From NCBI GenBank assembly GCA_937998645.1, contig CALLCZ010000032.1, positions 5,593 through 69,592 of the forward strand: a DNA stretch of 64,000 bases, given 5' to 3'. The notes under the pieces are model-generated. The model ran no database searches and was not told where the DNA came from. It saw only the letters and a program-made list of their open reading frames with translations. Positions within the stretch are counted from its first letter, which is position 1, and every line of letters starts with the position of its first letter. Source of the DNA: an uncultured Gammaproteobacteria bacterium (GTDB taxonomy: Bacteria > Pseudomonadota > Gammaproteobacteria > SZUA-229). Shown here piece after piece: positions 55,599 to 64,000 of the stretch. A program made the position numbers and the translations under genes.

Positions 55599-57350
55599 CT
55601 ACCTTGTCAGCAGGGATTTGTATTCTTCGAGTTCTGCTTCACTAAGTCCGCCTTGTTTGAGCTTGGTTTCCAGTATTTCAAAGCGCTCATCATTTAATTT
55701 CATCGTAAGGCGCTGAATGGCATCATTGAAAACAGCCAGTTGTCCGGATTTTTCATCAGTACCAAACACATTCCTCTGCATCAGTTTTTGCAGTATTTCG
55801 AAGTCTCCTTTATCTCGCCAGCGTTCAAGCAGAGCAGAAGAAGAGATTGCGGGATTATCACGGGCTATCTGGTATAACGCATAAAGCAGAGAGAAACCCT
55901 GTATCGACGCTGATGCAAAAAAATCGGGTAGATTTGTTTCCCCGGCCAGTTCGGGGTGTTGCAGCAGCAGGGCAATAGCATCACGCGTTGCATTCTGTTT
56001 GACTTCCCTGTTGCCGCGCGACCGGGTGGTTGGCTGTTTGTTTACCTTTTCTGCTTCAGTCGATACAATTTCGCCCTGTAATTTGTCATCGCTGATACCG
56101 ACAAGCTCGGACAGGCGTTTATACATCAAGTCCCTGAACACACTTTCAGGTATTGTTGACAGTAAAGGTCTTGCTGTTTTTGCAAGCCGGGCTTTTCCAT
56201 CCATAGATCTGGTGTCGATTTCTTTTAGCAGTTTGTCAAACAGAAATTCAGAAAGTGGTGTCGCATTTTCAAGCCGTTTTTCAAATGCGTCTTTGCCTTC
56301 TTTGCGCACCATCGAGTCAGGGTCTTCACCGTCCGGTAAAAAAAGGAAGCGTGCTTCGAGGCCATCACGCAGTATCGGCAAGGTATTTTCAAGTGCGCGC
56401 CATGCGGCCTTTTGTCCGGCCTGGTCGCCATCGTAGCAAAAGATAAGCTGATGAACCGAGCGAAACAGTTTCTGTATCTGGTCTTTGGTTGTTGCGGTAC
56501 CAAGTGAAGCAACTGCATACTCGATGCCGTTTTGCGCAAGTGCAACAACATCCATATAACCTTCCACAACAACGATGCGCTGAAGGTTTCTCAGCGCTTG
56601 CCGGGCTTCATAAAAGCCATAAAGTTCATAGCCTTTATGAAAGATCGGTGTTTCCGGCGAATTGAGATACTTGGGCTCGCCATCGTCGATAATGCGGCCG
56701 CCAAAGGCGATGGTGTGGCCGCGCCGATCAAGAATCGGAAACATGATACGGTCACGAAAACGGTCGTAACGCTTGCCCGGCGACTTTTCCACGAGCATGC
56801 CGGCGGCCTTCAGGTGGTTGATATTGCTTGCATTACTTCCCATGTTGTCGAGCAGGAAATTCCAGCCATCGGGGGCATAGCCGAGTTTGTAGCGCCTGGC
56901 GATTTCACCGCTGAGACCGCGCTGTTTTAGATAGCCGATGGCTCGTTCCGAGCTGCGCAATTGCTGTTGATACAATTGTGAAGCCTGTTCGAGCACATCA
57001 AATAGCGGCTGTTTGTCGTCTCTTGCCTGGCTGGTACCGGCGGGAGTGTCTTCTCGCGGCACTTCGACGTGATACTCGGCAGCAAGTGTTTCAATCGCAT
57101 CGACGAAATCAAGATGCTCATACTCCATCAAAAAACCGATCGCGGTGCCGTGCGCACCGCAGCCAAAGCAATGATAAAACTGCTTGGCTTCACTGACAGT
57201 AAATGAAGGCGTCTTTTCGTTATGAAACGGGCAGCAGGCAGTATATTCCCGGCCTTTCTTCTTCAATGGTACGCGGGTGTTGATGACTTCAACAATATCA
57301 GCTCGAGCAATCAAATCATCGATGAATGATTGTGGAATTCTGCCTGCCAT
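55599..57350 (-). CDS. dnaG: DNA primase
   Basis: Zinc finger CPFHNEKTPSF..YHCFGC, DRFRDRIMFP, KYLNSPET, VEGYMDV, CYDGD.AG and DPD. Confidence 0.98.
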   Translation of the reverse strand: MAGRIPQSFIDDLIARADIVEVINTRVPLKKKGREYTACCPFHNEKTPSFTVSEAKQFYHCFGCGAHGTAIGFLMEYEHLDFVDAIETLAAEYHVEVPREDTPAGTSQARDDKQPLFDVLEQASQLYQQQLRSSERAIGYLKQRGLSGEIARRYKLGYAPDGWNFLLDNMGSNASNINHLKAAGMLVEKSPGKRYDRFRDRIMFPILDRRGHTIAFGGRIIDDGEPKYLNSPETPIFHKGYELYGFYEARQALRNLQRIVVVEGYMDVVALAQNGIEYAVASLGTATTKDQIQKLFRSVHQLIFCYDGDQAGQKAAWRALENTLPILRDGLEARFLFLPDGEDPDSMVRKEGKDAFEKRLENATPLSEFLFDKLLKEIDTRSMDGKARLAKTARPLLSTIPESVFRDLMYKRLSELVGISDDKLQGEIVSTEAEKVNKQPTTRSRGNREVKQNATRDAIALLLQHPELAGETNLPDFFASASIQGFSLLYALYQIARDNPAISSSALLERWRDKGDFEILQKLMQRNVFGTDEKSGQLAVFNDAIQRLTMKLNDERFEILETKLKQGGLSEAELEEYKSLLTR

Positions 57351-57357
57351 TGTGTGT

Positions 57358-58527
57358 TTAAGGAATCAGGTTAACAAATGAAAGTTGCCGGGGGTTGAAT
57401 ATGCGTTCATATTCAACAATGGCATATCTGTCAGTCATGCCGGCAATATAGTCTGCAACACCACGCGCAATGCCTTCATCGCCTGATTCGCCCTGCATGA
57501 TCCGGCATTGCTCGCGGTTTTCAGGGGGGAGGATTTTGATGTCATTCATAAAGGCATCGAACAGGGCAGTGATGATGTCATAGGCTTTTCTGCTCATTCG
57601 ATGTACGCGGTAATGCTGGTAGAGATTTTCCCGTAGAAACTGTTTCAGTTCCAGGTTCAATGCAGACATTTCATCGCTGAAAGTCATTAACGGTTTTGCC
57701 TGGCTGCGCACATCTTGCAATGACTCAAGCCTCGCTGATGAGATGTGGTTGCGGCTGGTATCGATCAGGTCAACGACCATGACATTGATCATGCGCCTGA
57801 TGATTTCGTGGATCATTTGCCGGTCATTAATATCCCGGTGTTTTGCGATAACCTTATCGTATTGATCGCGGAACAGTTTGATTTCGAGCAAGTCATCAAA
57901 AGTAATCAAACCGTATCTCAGGCCATCATCGACATCATGGTTGCTGTATGCAGTTTCATCAGAGAGGTCAACCAGCTGTGCTTCAAGGCAGGGTTGAGTT
58001 TTGTCGATAAAACGATTCCCAACATCTCCAAGCATGCGCGCATTCTTCACCGAGCAATGCTTGAGAATGCCCTCGCGTGTTTCGAACATCAGGTTGAGGC
58101 CATGAAATTCAGCGTATTTTTGTTCAAGCTTGTCGACAACACGAAGCGACTGCAGGTTATGTTCAAAACCGCCATAATCTTTCATGCACTGGTTCAGGGC
58201 TGTTTGCCCGGCATGTCCAAAGGGTGTGTGCCCAAGGTCGTGTGACAGTGCTATTGCTTCTGCCAGGTCCTCCTGCAGGTGAAGTTCGCGCGCGATACTG
58301 CGTGCGATCTGGGCAACCTCCAGTGAATGAGTAAGCCGTGTACGAAACAGATCGCCTTCATGGTTGACGAACACCTGGGTCTTGTATTCCAGTCTGCGGA
58401 ATGCCGCAGAATGAATGATACGGTCACGGTCACGCTGGAACTGGTTGCGGTAAATTGGCGTGTCTTCGGGATATACACGCCCCTTTGAATTTTTGTCCGT
58501 ACATGCGTAGGGTGCGAGATTATCCAT
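57358..58527 (-). CDS. dgt: Deoxyguanosinetriphosphate triphosphohydrolase (HD family)
   Basis: [41 protein letters not shown] and DYIAGMTD. Confidence 0.95.
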   Translation of the reverse strand: MDNLAPYACTDKNSKGRVYPEDTPIYRNQFQRDRDRIIHSAAFRRLEYKTQVFVNHEGDLFRTRLTHSLEVAQIARSIARELHLQEDLAEAIALSHDLGHTPFGHAGQTALNQCMKDYGGFEHNLQSLRVVDKLEQKYAEFHGLNLMFETREGILKHCSVKNARMLGDVGNRFIDKTQPCLEAQLVDLSDETAYSNHDVDDGLRYGLITFDDLLEIKLFRDQYDKVIAKHRDINDRQMIHEIIRRMINVMVVDLIDTSRNHISSARLESLQDVRSQAKPLMTFSDEMSALNLELKQFLRENLYQHYRVHRMSRKAYDIITALFDAFMNDIKILPPENREQCRIMQGESGDEGIARGVADYIAGMTDRYAIVEYERIFNPRQLSFVNLIP

Positions 58528-58550
58528 ATGTGAGTTTGCAGGAAGCTGAA

Positions 58551-59633
58551 TCAGGCCGGGTAACTGCTGCGAATAGCCTCAGCCAGTTGCTGTTCTGTGT
58601 AGTCGTTTGTGATTACAGCATGACCGATATCCTTCAGTAGCACAAGACGCAGCACGCCATCCATAACCTTTTTGTCCACTGACATCAGTTCTATAAAGCG
58701 TTCGACACTGAGCTCGACCGGTGCGTTTACCGGTAGCCTGGCCTGTTCGATCATGGTGGTGATACTACTGACATCTGCTGTGTTGAGCCAGCCGAGCTGG
58801 TGCGACATGATGGCCGCCATGCACATACCTGTAGCTACCGCCTCGCCGTGCAGCCAGTTGCCATAGCCCAGGCCGGCTTCGATGGCGTGCCCGAAGGTGT
58901 GACCCAGGTTGAGCAGGGCGCGCTGGCCGCTTTCTTTTTCATCGGCGGCAACTACTTCTGCCTTGTTGCGGCAGGACACTTCGATGGCGTAGGACAGTGC
59001 AGCGGCATCTCTTGCCAGTATCCCTGCCATGTTCTGTTGCAGCCAGTTAAAGAACGGCAGGTCCCTTATCAGACCGTATTTGATCACCTCGGCAATGCCA
59101 GCGCTGAGCTCGCGGTCGGGCAGGGTAATCAGCGTCGAGGTGTCTGCGATCACGGCCCTGGGTTGATAAAAAGCGCCGATCATGTTCTTGCCAAGGGGGT
59201 GATTGACAGCGGTTTTGCCACCGACTGAGGAGTCAACCTGGGCAAGCAGGGTGGTCGGTATCTGGATCAGGTGTACGCCGCGCTGGTAACTGGCAGCGGC
59301 AAAGCCCGCCATATCGCCAATAACGCCACCACCGAGTGCGATGATGGTGGAATTGCGGTCGAGTTTTTTGCCCAGCAGAACATCGTAGATGGTATTCAGG
59401 GTCTCAAGGTTCTTGTATTCTTCGCCATCCGGAAGGATACAGGTCTCGACCTGCTTGCTCGCCAGCATGGCCAGTGTTTTATCGAGATACAGCGGGGCTA
59501 CGGTTTCATTGCTGACAACCAGCACATTCTTGCCCGGGATGTGTTTCAGCAGCAGGTCTTCATTACCAAGCAGGTCCTCGCCTATATATATCGGGTAGCT
59601 GCGGTCTGCCAGGTCAACGGTGAGGGTGATCAT
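58551..59633 (-). CDS. aroB: 3-dehydroquinate synthase
   Basis: [42 protein letters not shown] and HGEAV. Confidence 0.98.
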   Translation of the reverse strand: MITLTVDLADRSYPIYIGEDLLGNEDLLLKHIPGKNVLVVSNETVAPLYLDKTLAMLASKQVETCILPDGEEYKNLETLNTIYDVLLGKKLDRNSTIIALGGGVIGDMAGFAAASYQRGVHLIQIPTTLLAQVDSSVGGKTAVNHPLGKNMIGAFYQPRAVIADTSTLITLPDRELSAGIAEVIKYGLIRDLPFFNWLQQNMAGILARDAAALSYAIEVSCRNKAEVVAADEKESGQRALLNLGHTFGHAIEAGLGYGNWLHGEAVATGMCMAAIMSHQLGWLNTADVSSITTMIEQARLPVNAPVELSVERFIELMSVDKKVMDGVLRLVLLKDIGHAVITNDYTEQQLAEAIRSSYPA

Positions 59634-60178
59634 GAGTGCTTGTTTGTGCTTTTAGTGTTGGTTTTGAGGCAGCCAATAATAGCTTTTATTACCCCGCGTA
59701 TCGAGCTGTTGCCGGTATCGATGATATGATCAGCTGTTTGCCGGTAGAGTGAATCGCGCTCGTCCATCAGCCTTTTGAGGATGATTTCCGGGCTCTCCTC
59801 GCCATGCAGCAACGGTCGGTTTTTATCTTTGCGTGTCCGCTCCAGCAATGAGTTCAGGTCGGTATGGAGGTAAAAAGTGGTACCGCGTTCGGCCAGGTGC
59901 CTGCGATTCTCCTCTCTCAACACGGCTCCCCCACCGGTGGCCAGCACGATATTCTGCATAGCGGTGAGCTCATCAATAGCGGCCTGTTCACGCTTGCGAA
60001 AACCTTCTTCACCTTCAAGATCAAAGATCAGCGGGATATTGGCGCCCGTATGCTCTTCTATCACACGATCACTGTCGAAAAATGGCATTTTCAGTTCACG
60101 CGCCAGTTGTTTGCCAATAGTGGTTTTACCGGCGCCCATGGGGCCAATCAGGAAGATATTGCTAGGCTTTTTCATCAC
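59630..60178 (-). CDS. aroK: Shikimate kinase
   Basis: [28 protein letters not shown] and RPLL. Confidence 0.97.
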   Translation of the reverse strand: MMKKPSNIFLIGPMGAGKTTIGKQLARELKMPFFDSDRVIEEHTGANIPLIFDLEGEEGFRKREQAAIDELTAMQNIVLATGGGAVLREENRRHLAERGTTFYLHTDLNSLLERTRKDKNRPLLHGEESPEIILKRLMDERDSLYRQTADHIIDTGNSSIRGVIKAIIGCLKTNTKSTNKHS

Positions 60179-60258
60179 TGGTGAATTCTACACCGCGATA
60201 AAATGCAGCAACAGCCGTTTAGCCGGCCTTTGTGCAATATGCGGATTTTAGTAAAGAT

Positions 60259-60290
60259 AAAAAAAGAGCCGCATGAGCGGCTCTTTTTTT
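60259..60290. terminator. Bidirectional intrinsic terminator after pilQ
   Basis: aaaaaaagagccgc-atga-gcggctcttttttt. Confidence 0.9.
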
Positions 60291-60305
60291 GCTTTTAGCG
60301 ATTGT

Positions 60306-62489
60306 CTACAAAGAAAGCGTGTCCTTGAGGATCTTCGGTGTTACGAATATCAGCAGTTCTGCTTTTTCATCACTTTCCAGCGTGTGTTTGAATAAATAAC
60401 CCAGTATCGGGATGTCGCCGAGCAGGGGCACCTTGTCGACTTCATCGCGGGTAATCTGTTCATAGATACCGCCGAGCACAATGGTGTCACCGTTATTGAC
60501 CAGAACCTGGGTGTTCACTTCGCGGGTATCAATACTGGGGATTCCGGCAAAGACTTCACCTACGGCATCTTTATTCACCTGCAGGTCCATGATGATGCGG
60601 TCATCGGGTGTGATCTGCGGCGTAACCTGGATGCTGAGCACGGCTTTCTTGAATTCAACCTGGGTGGCGCCACTCGATGTTGCGGACAGGTATGGAATTT
60701 CTACACCCTGCTCGATAAAGGCTTCATGCCTGTCGGCTGTGACCACGCGCGGGCTGGAGATGATCTCACCCTGGTTCTCTGCCTGCAGGGCTGACAGTTC
60801 AAGGTCAATCAATGAACTGCCGCTCAGAATCGAGAATGCAATGCTGCCTGTAGCCAGACCGGAGGTAGGCAGGTTAACGTTGAAACGGTCTGCGGTCCCG
60901 AACGGGATACCGGATATGCCGTTACCGCCATTATTGACCACATCGTCGATCATGCTGTCCGTGGCAGCAATCGTACCGGATGTGTTACCTGCGCCGGCTA
61001 CGCCGTCGATTGAGGTCGTCTTGGTGAAGCCGAAGCGGTTACCGAGTTCACGCGTAAAGTCATCCGTAGCAATCACGATGCGTGATGAAATCATCACCTG
61101 GCGAACCGGGATGTCCAGTTCGGCAAGAATCTTTCTGATCTCTGAGATCACTTCATCGGTGTCTTTCACGATCAGGGTATTGGTGCGTTCATCGATGATG
61201 ACGCTACCGCGTGATGACAGCAGGCCTTCGCTGCCACCGTCTTCGCCGGTTTCTCCAACAAACAGTGGTTCCAGTTCGGTTACCTTGGCGAAGTTAATCG
61301 TGAAGAAGGCAGTACGAATCGGCGCAAGTTCAGTGATTGCCTGTGCAGCTTCGAGATCGATTTTTTCCTGTGCGGCAATCTCTTCGCTGGGTGCAATCAG
61401 CATCACGTTGCCTGATTCACGCTTGGACAGGCCCTTGGATTTGAGGATGATATCCAGTGCCTGGTCCCAGGGTACATTCTGCAGGCGAAGTGTCAGGTTG
61501 CCATCAACCGAGTCACTGACGACAACATTGAGGCCAGTAAAGTCCGCGATAAGCTGGAGTACTGCACGTACCGGGATATCCTGGAAGTTGAGTGACAGAC
61601 GGTCGCCGGTATAGCCGAACTTGTCCTTGATTTTCTCATCCAGGTCCTTCTTGCTGATAGGCTTGAACTCGATGGTGAAAATATTGTTTGCCTGGTATGA
61701 GACATGTTCGAAATTCCGGTTGACGGGTTCGATCTCGAGGCGGACTGTACCATCCTGCTCAAAACTGCTGACAGATTTTACCGGAGTTGCAAAGTCGAGC
61801 ACGTCCAGTGTCTGGCGCAGGTTATCTGGCAGATTCGATCCCAGGAACTTGACTACAACCTTGCCAAATTCCTCGTTGATGTCCATTGGAATATTGCTTT
61901 CAGTCAATGTAACGACAATTCGGCCTTCACCGTTTTCCCCACGACGGAAATCGATATTACTGACACCTTTCTGTATGTCGCTGAAACGTTGTGATGTTGC
62001 TGCAGATTCAGCCGGGCCACTGCTGCCGGCAGCAAACAGGTTGCTGGTTGACTCGCTGTCGAGGGTGATCAGTACGTTGTTTCCCTCTGTGCTGACAGAA
62101 TAAGGCACGACCTCGGTGAGGTTCAGGATTACGCGTGTTTTATCTTTTGCTGTAATCGCTGTTATTGACTGTGCAATGCCTACGCCAATAGGCTGTGAAC
62201 GTTTGGGCAGACTGCTGATAGTGCCTGGAAAGTCAAAAGCAATACGTGCTGGATTGTCAATGGTAAAGCTCAGCGGCTTCTCCATCGCCTTGGTCATACC
62301 AAGCACGATCTGTAGTCGATTTCCCGGCAATGTAGAGTAGGTGACGGACTCCAGGGTATTTTCAGCGGCTGTTGCAATACTGATGTTGAACAGCACCGTC
62401 ACAAGCAGAAGCAATCTGCCAAATCCCGGAATTATTTTTTTTATTATTCGGGTTTTTCCCATTAATAGAATGCTCATATCATGCTCCAC
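60306..62489 (-). CDS. pilQ: Type IV pilus secretin PilQ
   Basis: AMIN domains; LSLNFQDIPVR.VLQ.IADF, VPWDQALD, DERTN.L and KVPLLGDIP.LG.LF. Confidence 0.97.
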   Translation of the reverse strand: MEHDMSILLMGKTRIIKKIIPGFGRLLLLVTVLFNISIATAAENTLESVTYSTLPGNRLQIVLGMTKAMEKPLSFTIDNPARIAFDFPGTISSLPKRSQPIGVGIAQSITAITAKDKTRVILNLTEVVPYSVSTEGNNVLITLDSESTSNLFAAGSSGPAESAATSQRFSDIQKGVSNIDFRRGENGEGRIVVTLTESNIPMDINEEFGKVVVKFLGSNLPDNLRQTLDVLDFATPVKSVSSFEQDGTVRLEIEPVNRNFEHVSYQANNIFTIEFKPISKKDLDEKIKDKFGYTGDRLSLNFQDIPVRAVLQLIADFTGLNVVVSDSVDGNLTLRLQNVPWDQALDIILKSKGLSKRESGNVMLIAPSEEIAAQEKIDLEAAQAITELAPIRTAFFTINFAKVTELEPLFVGETGEDGGSEGLLSSRGSVIIDERTNTLIVKDTDEVISEIRKILAELDIPVRQVMISSRIVIATDDFTRELGNRFGFTKTTSIDGVAGAGNTSGTIAATDSMIDDVVNNGGNGISGIPFGTADRFNVNLPTSGLATGSIAFSILSGSSLIDLELSALQAENQGEIISSPRVVTADRHEAFIEQGVEIPYLSATSSGATQVEFKKAVLSIQVTPQITPDDRIIMDLQVNKDAVGEVFAGIPSIDTREVNTQVLVNNGDTIVLGGIYEQITRDEVDKVPLLGDIPILGYLFKHTLESDEKAELLIFVTPKILKDTLSL

Positions 62490-62492
62490 TTT

Positions 62493-63047
62493 TTATTCAT
62501 TACCAATTGCGATGGAAGCATCACGTTCGATGTAGCCACCAACGCCATCTGGAATAATCTCAACCAAAAATATCTCGCCTTCGCTGATGCCGGTAATGGC
62601 GCCCTCGTTTTGTCCCATGTAATTCCCTACCTTGACTCGATGTACAACCTGCTTCGGGTCTTCGATCAATCCCCATAAGTTGTCTCCCTGCTCGAGTACG
62701 CCAACCATGCGTAAGGAATCAAGCGAGAAAGCTTCGAGTGGCTGTCTTGGCCTGGTTTTATCTGGGCTGAGAAGGTCGTCTTTATCTGTTTCGTCTTCAA
62801 TGTCGACAGCCGGTTCAAACGGGTCTCTTAATTCAGCTGCGCTGTAAGTGAAACTTTCGTATGGTTTGAACTGGGGTATCGGTTTTACACTGCCTACGTA
62901 GGCAGACTTTGCCTGATCAATATAGGCATACAGATCATCTACACTCTGACTGCACCCGGTGAGTACCGATGTGGAGATTAAGGGCAAAAGAATTGTATTG
63001 AGTTTTAAATACTTCTTCATGCTATTCGACCTCCAGTTCTGATTCAT
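62493..63047 (-). CDS. pilP: Type IV pilus lipoprotein PilP (probable start at MKKYLK)
   Basis: Lipobox LTGC; RDPF, PLE.F.LD.L.MVG and GNYMGQN.G. Confidence 0.95.
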   Translation of the reverse strand: MNQNWRSNSMKKYLKLNTILLPLISTSVLTGCSQSVDDLYAYIDQAKSAYVGSVKPIPQFKPYESFTYSAAELRDPFEPAVDIEDETDKDDLLSPDKTRPRQPLEAFSLDSLRMVGVLEQGDNLWGLIEDPKQVVHRVKVGNYMGQNEGAITGISEGEIFLVEIIPDGVGGYIERDASIAIGNE

Positions 63048-63639
63048 CCAGATACTGATAGGTAACTGCTGTGAGCTCCATTGAAAGTTTTACGCCGCCA
63101 TCTTTATCTGCAGGTTCAATGTTGATGTTCTGCAGGGTCACAATTCGGGGCAGAGCTGCTACACCGCTTATGAATTGCGCGAACTGATGGTAACGGCCGG
63201 TTACTTTCAGCTTGATAGGATATTCAGCATAGAAGTCTTTCGGGATCAGGCCTTCCGGTTTGAACAGGTCGATTTCAAGCCCGCTCGAGATGCCGGTTTG
63301 GGAGATATCGGTCAGTAAAGTCTCGATTTCTGTTTTATTGGGTAGCTGCCTGAGAAGGGCGCCGAATGACTGGCGCATTTCATCGAGTTGCTGTTTGTAA
63401 GCCTCCAGGTTTGCTGCTTTGGCGGCCTTTTCATCAAACACGGCCTTGAGGCTTGTCTCTTCTTTTTCAACCTTCTCGAGTTCTTCCAGTTTTGGCGTAG
63501 TGACCAGGAAATAACCTGCGAGAGCGACAATGATGCACAGGAATGCAATCAGGAAAGCTTTTACGATCCCGGGTGCTGTACCGATATGCTTGAGATCATT
63601 AATGTCAAGACTATTGAGGTCTTCGAAGGAGAATGCCAT
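63022..63639 (-). CDS. pilO: Type IV pilus protein PilO
   Basis: TM, coiled coil, LRQLP..TE, FYAEYPI and LPRIVTL. Confidence 0.95.
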   Translation of the reverse strand: MAFSFEDLNSLDINDLKHIGTAPGIVKAFLIAFLCIIVALAGYFLVTTPKLEELEKVEKEETSLKAVFDEKAAKAANLEAYKQQLDEMRQSFGALLRQLPNKTEIETLLTDISQTGISSGLEIDLFKPEGLIPKDFYAEYPIKLKVTGRYHQFAQFISGVAALPRIVTLQNINIEPADKDGGVKLSMELTAVTYQYLDESELEVE

Positions 63640-64000
63640 TAGCCTTCCTCCTCTTCATCTGTTTTTGGCGTCGACTGTGAAGTTGTCAGCACGAACTCGC
63701 TGCTTCTGAGCGTGCCTTTCTTACTCTCGATTACGCTCAGCTTGGGTGTGGCCATCCAGTCGGAGTTATCGATATTGCGCATGTAGGCAGAAACGCGGCC
63801 GTTTGATTCTGCGATACCGTTTATGTTGATACCTGTTCCAGACTGCTTGATACCCGTTAAATAAATGCCTTCAGGGACTGTGCGAACGATTTCGTCGAAT
63901 AAATGCACAATTTGCGGCCTTTTTTGCTGCAATGACTGAATAATGTCCATTCTTGAAAGTAGCTTTTCCTTGGTCTCTTCCAAACCTTCAATTTCCTTCA
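63639..64000 (-). CDS. pilN: Type IV pilus protein PilN (partial; 5' end lies outside the window)
   Basis: RM.IIQ.LQ..RP..VHLFDE, P.GIYL and G.AESN.RVS.YMRNI. Confidence 0.93.
   Translation of the reverse strand, partial: KEIEGLEETKEKLLSRMDIIQSLQQKRPQIVHLFDEIVRTVPEGIYLTGIKQSGTGININGIAESNGRVSAYMRNIDNSDWMATPKLSVIESKKGTLRSSEFVLTTSQSTPKTDEEEEG

Noticed and set aside
1..64000. tRNA, rRNA, prophage, defence genes or an intact transposase/integrase
   Set aside because: None recognised; intergenic gaps are accounted for by repeats, riboswitches or promoters. A tRNAscan/Infernal run would be the definitive check.

Overview
Mostly core chromosome of a Gammaproteobacterium (inferred from gene content and synteny). 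Core blocks, in order: glyoxylate/anaplerotic genes (aceA 3' end, rraA, pckA, LysR); galE, cysQ and yrfG; a complete type II secretion cluster (gspC-N) with an embedded rhombosortase; yggT-proC; pilT plus two pilU paralogues; the pyrRBC'-ruvX-algH-tonB-apbE-gshB block; the Pil-Chp cluster (pilGHIJ-chpA-chpC); a methyl-cycle run (metK-ahcY-metF-rsmE) with SAM-II and SAH riboswitches; and dnaG-dgt-aroB-aroK-pilQPON. No rRNA, tRNA, CRISPR array or intact transposase was seen. The unexplained structure is of three kinds. (1) A family of small intergenic cassettes bounded by inverted arrays of a CGCARAG/CACAGAG heptamer at 8-9 bp spacing. These carry nested GTAG-REP elements, occur at one site in both orientations together with duplicated gene ends, and sit where metW is broken and yggS is missing. 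(2) An accessory module of outer-membrane barrel, half-size periplasmic binding protein, HAMP kinase and receiver, next to a CTAG-flanked MITE. (3) Two duplicated gene 3' ends that differ from the resident copy only at synonymous positions. All calls come from reading the sequence; no database searches were run.
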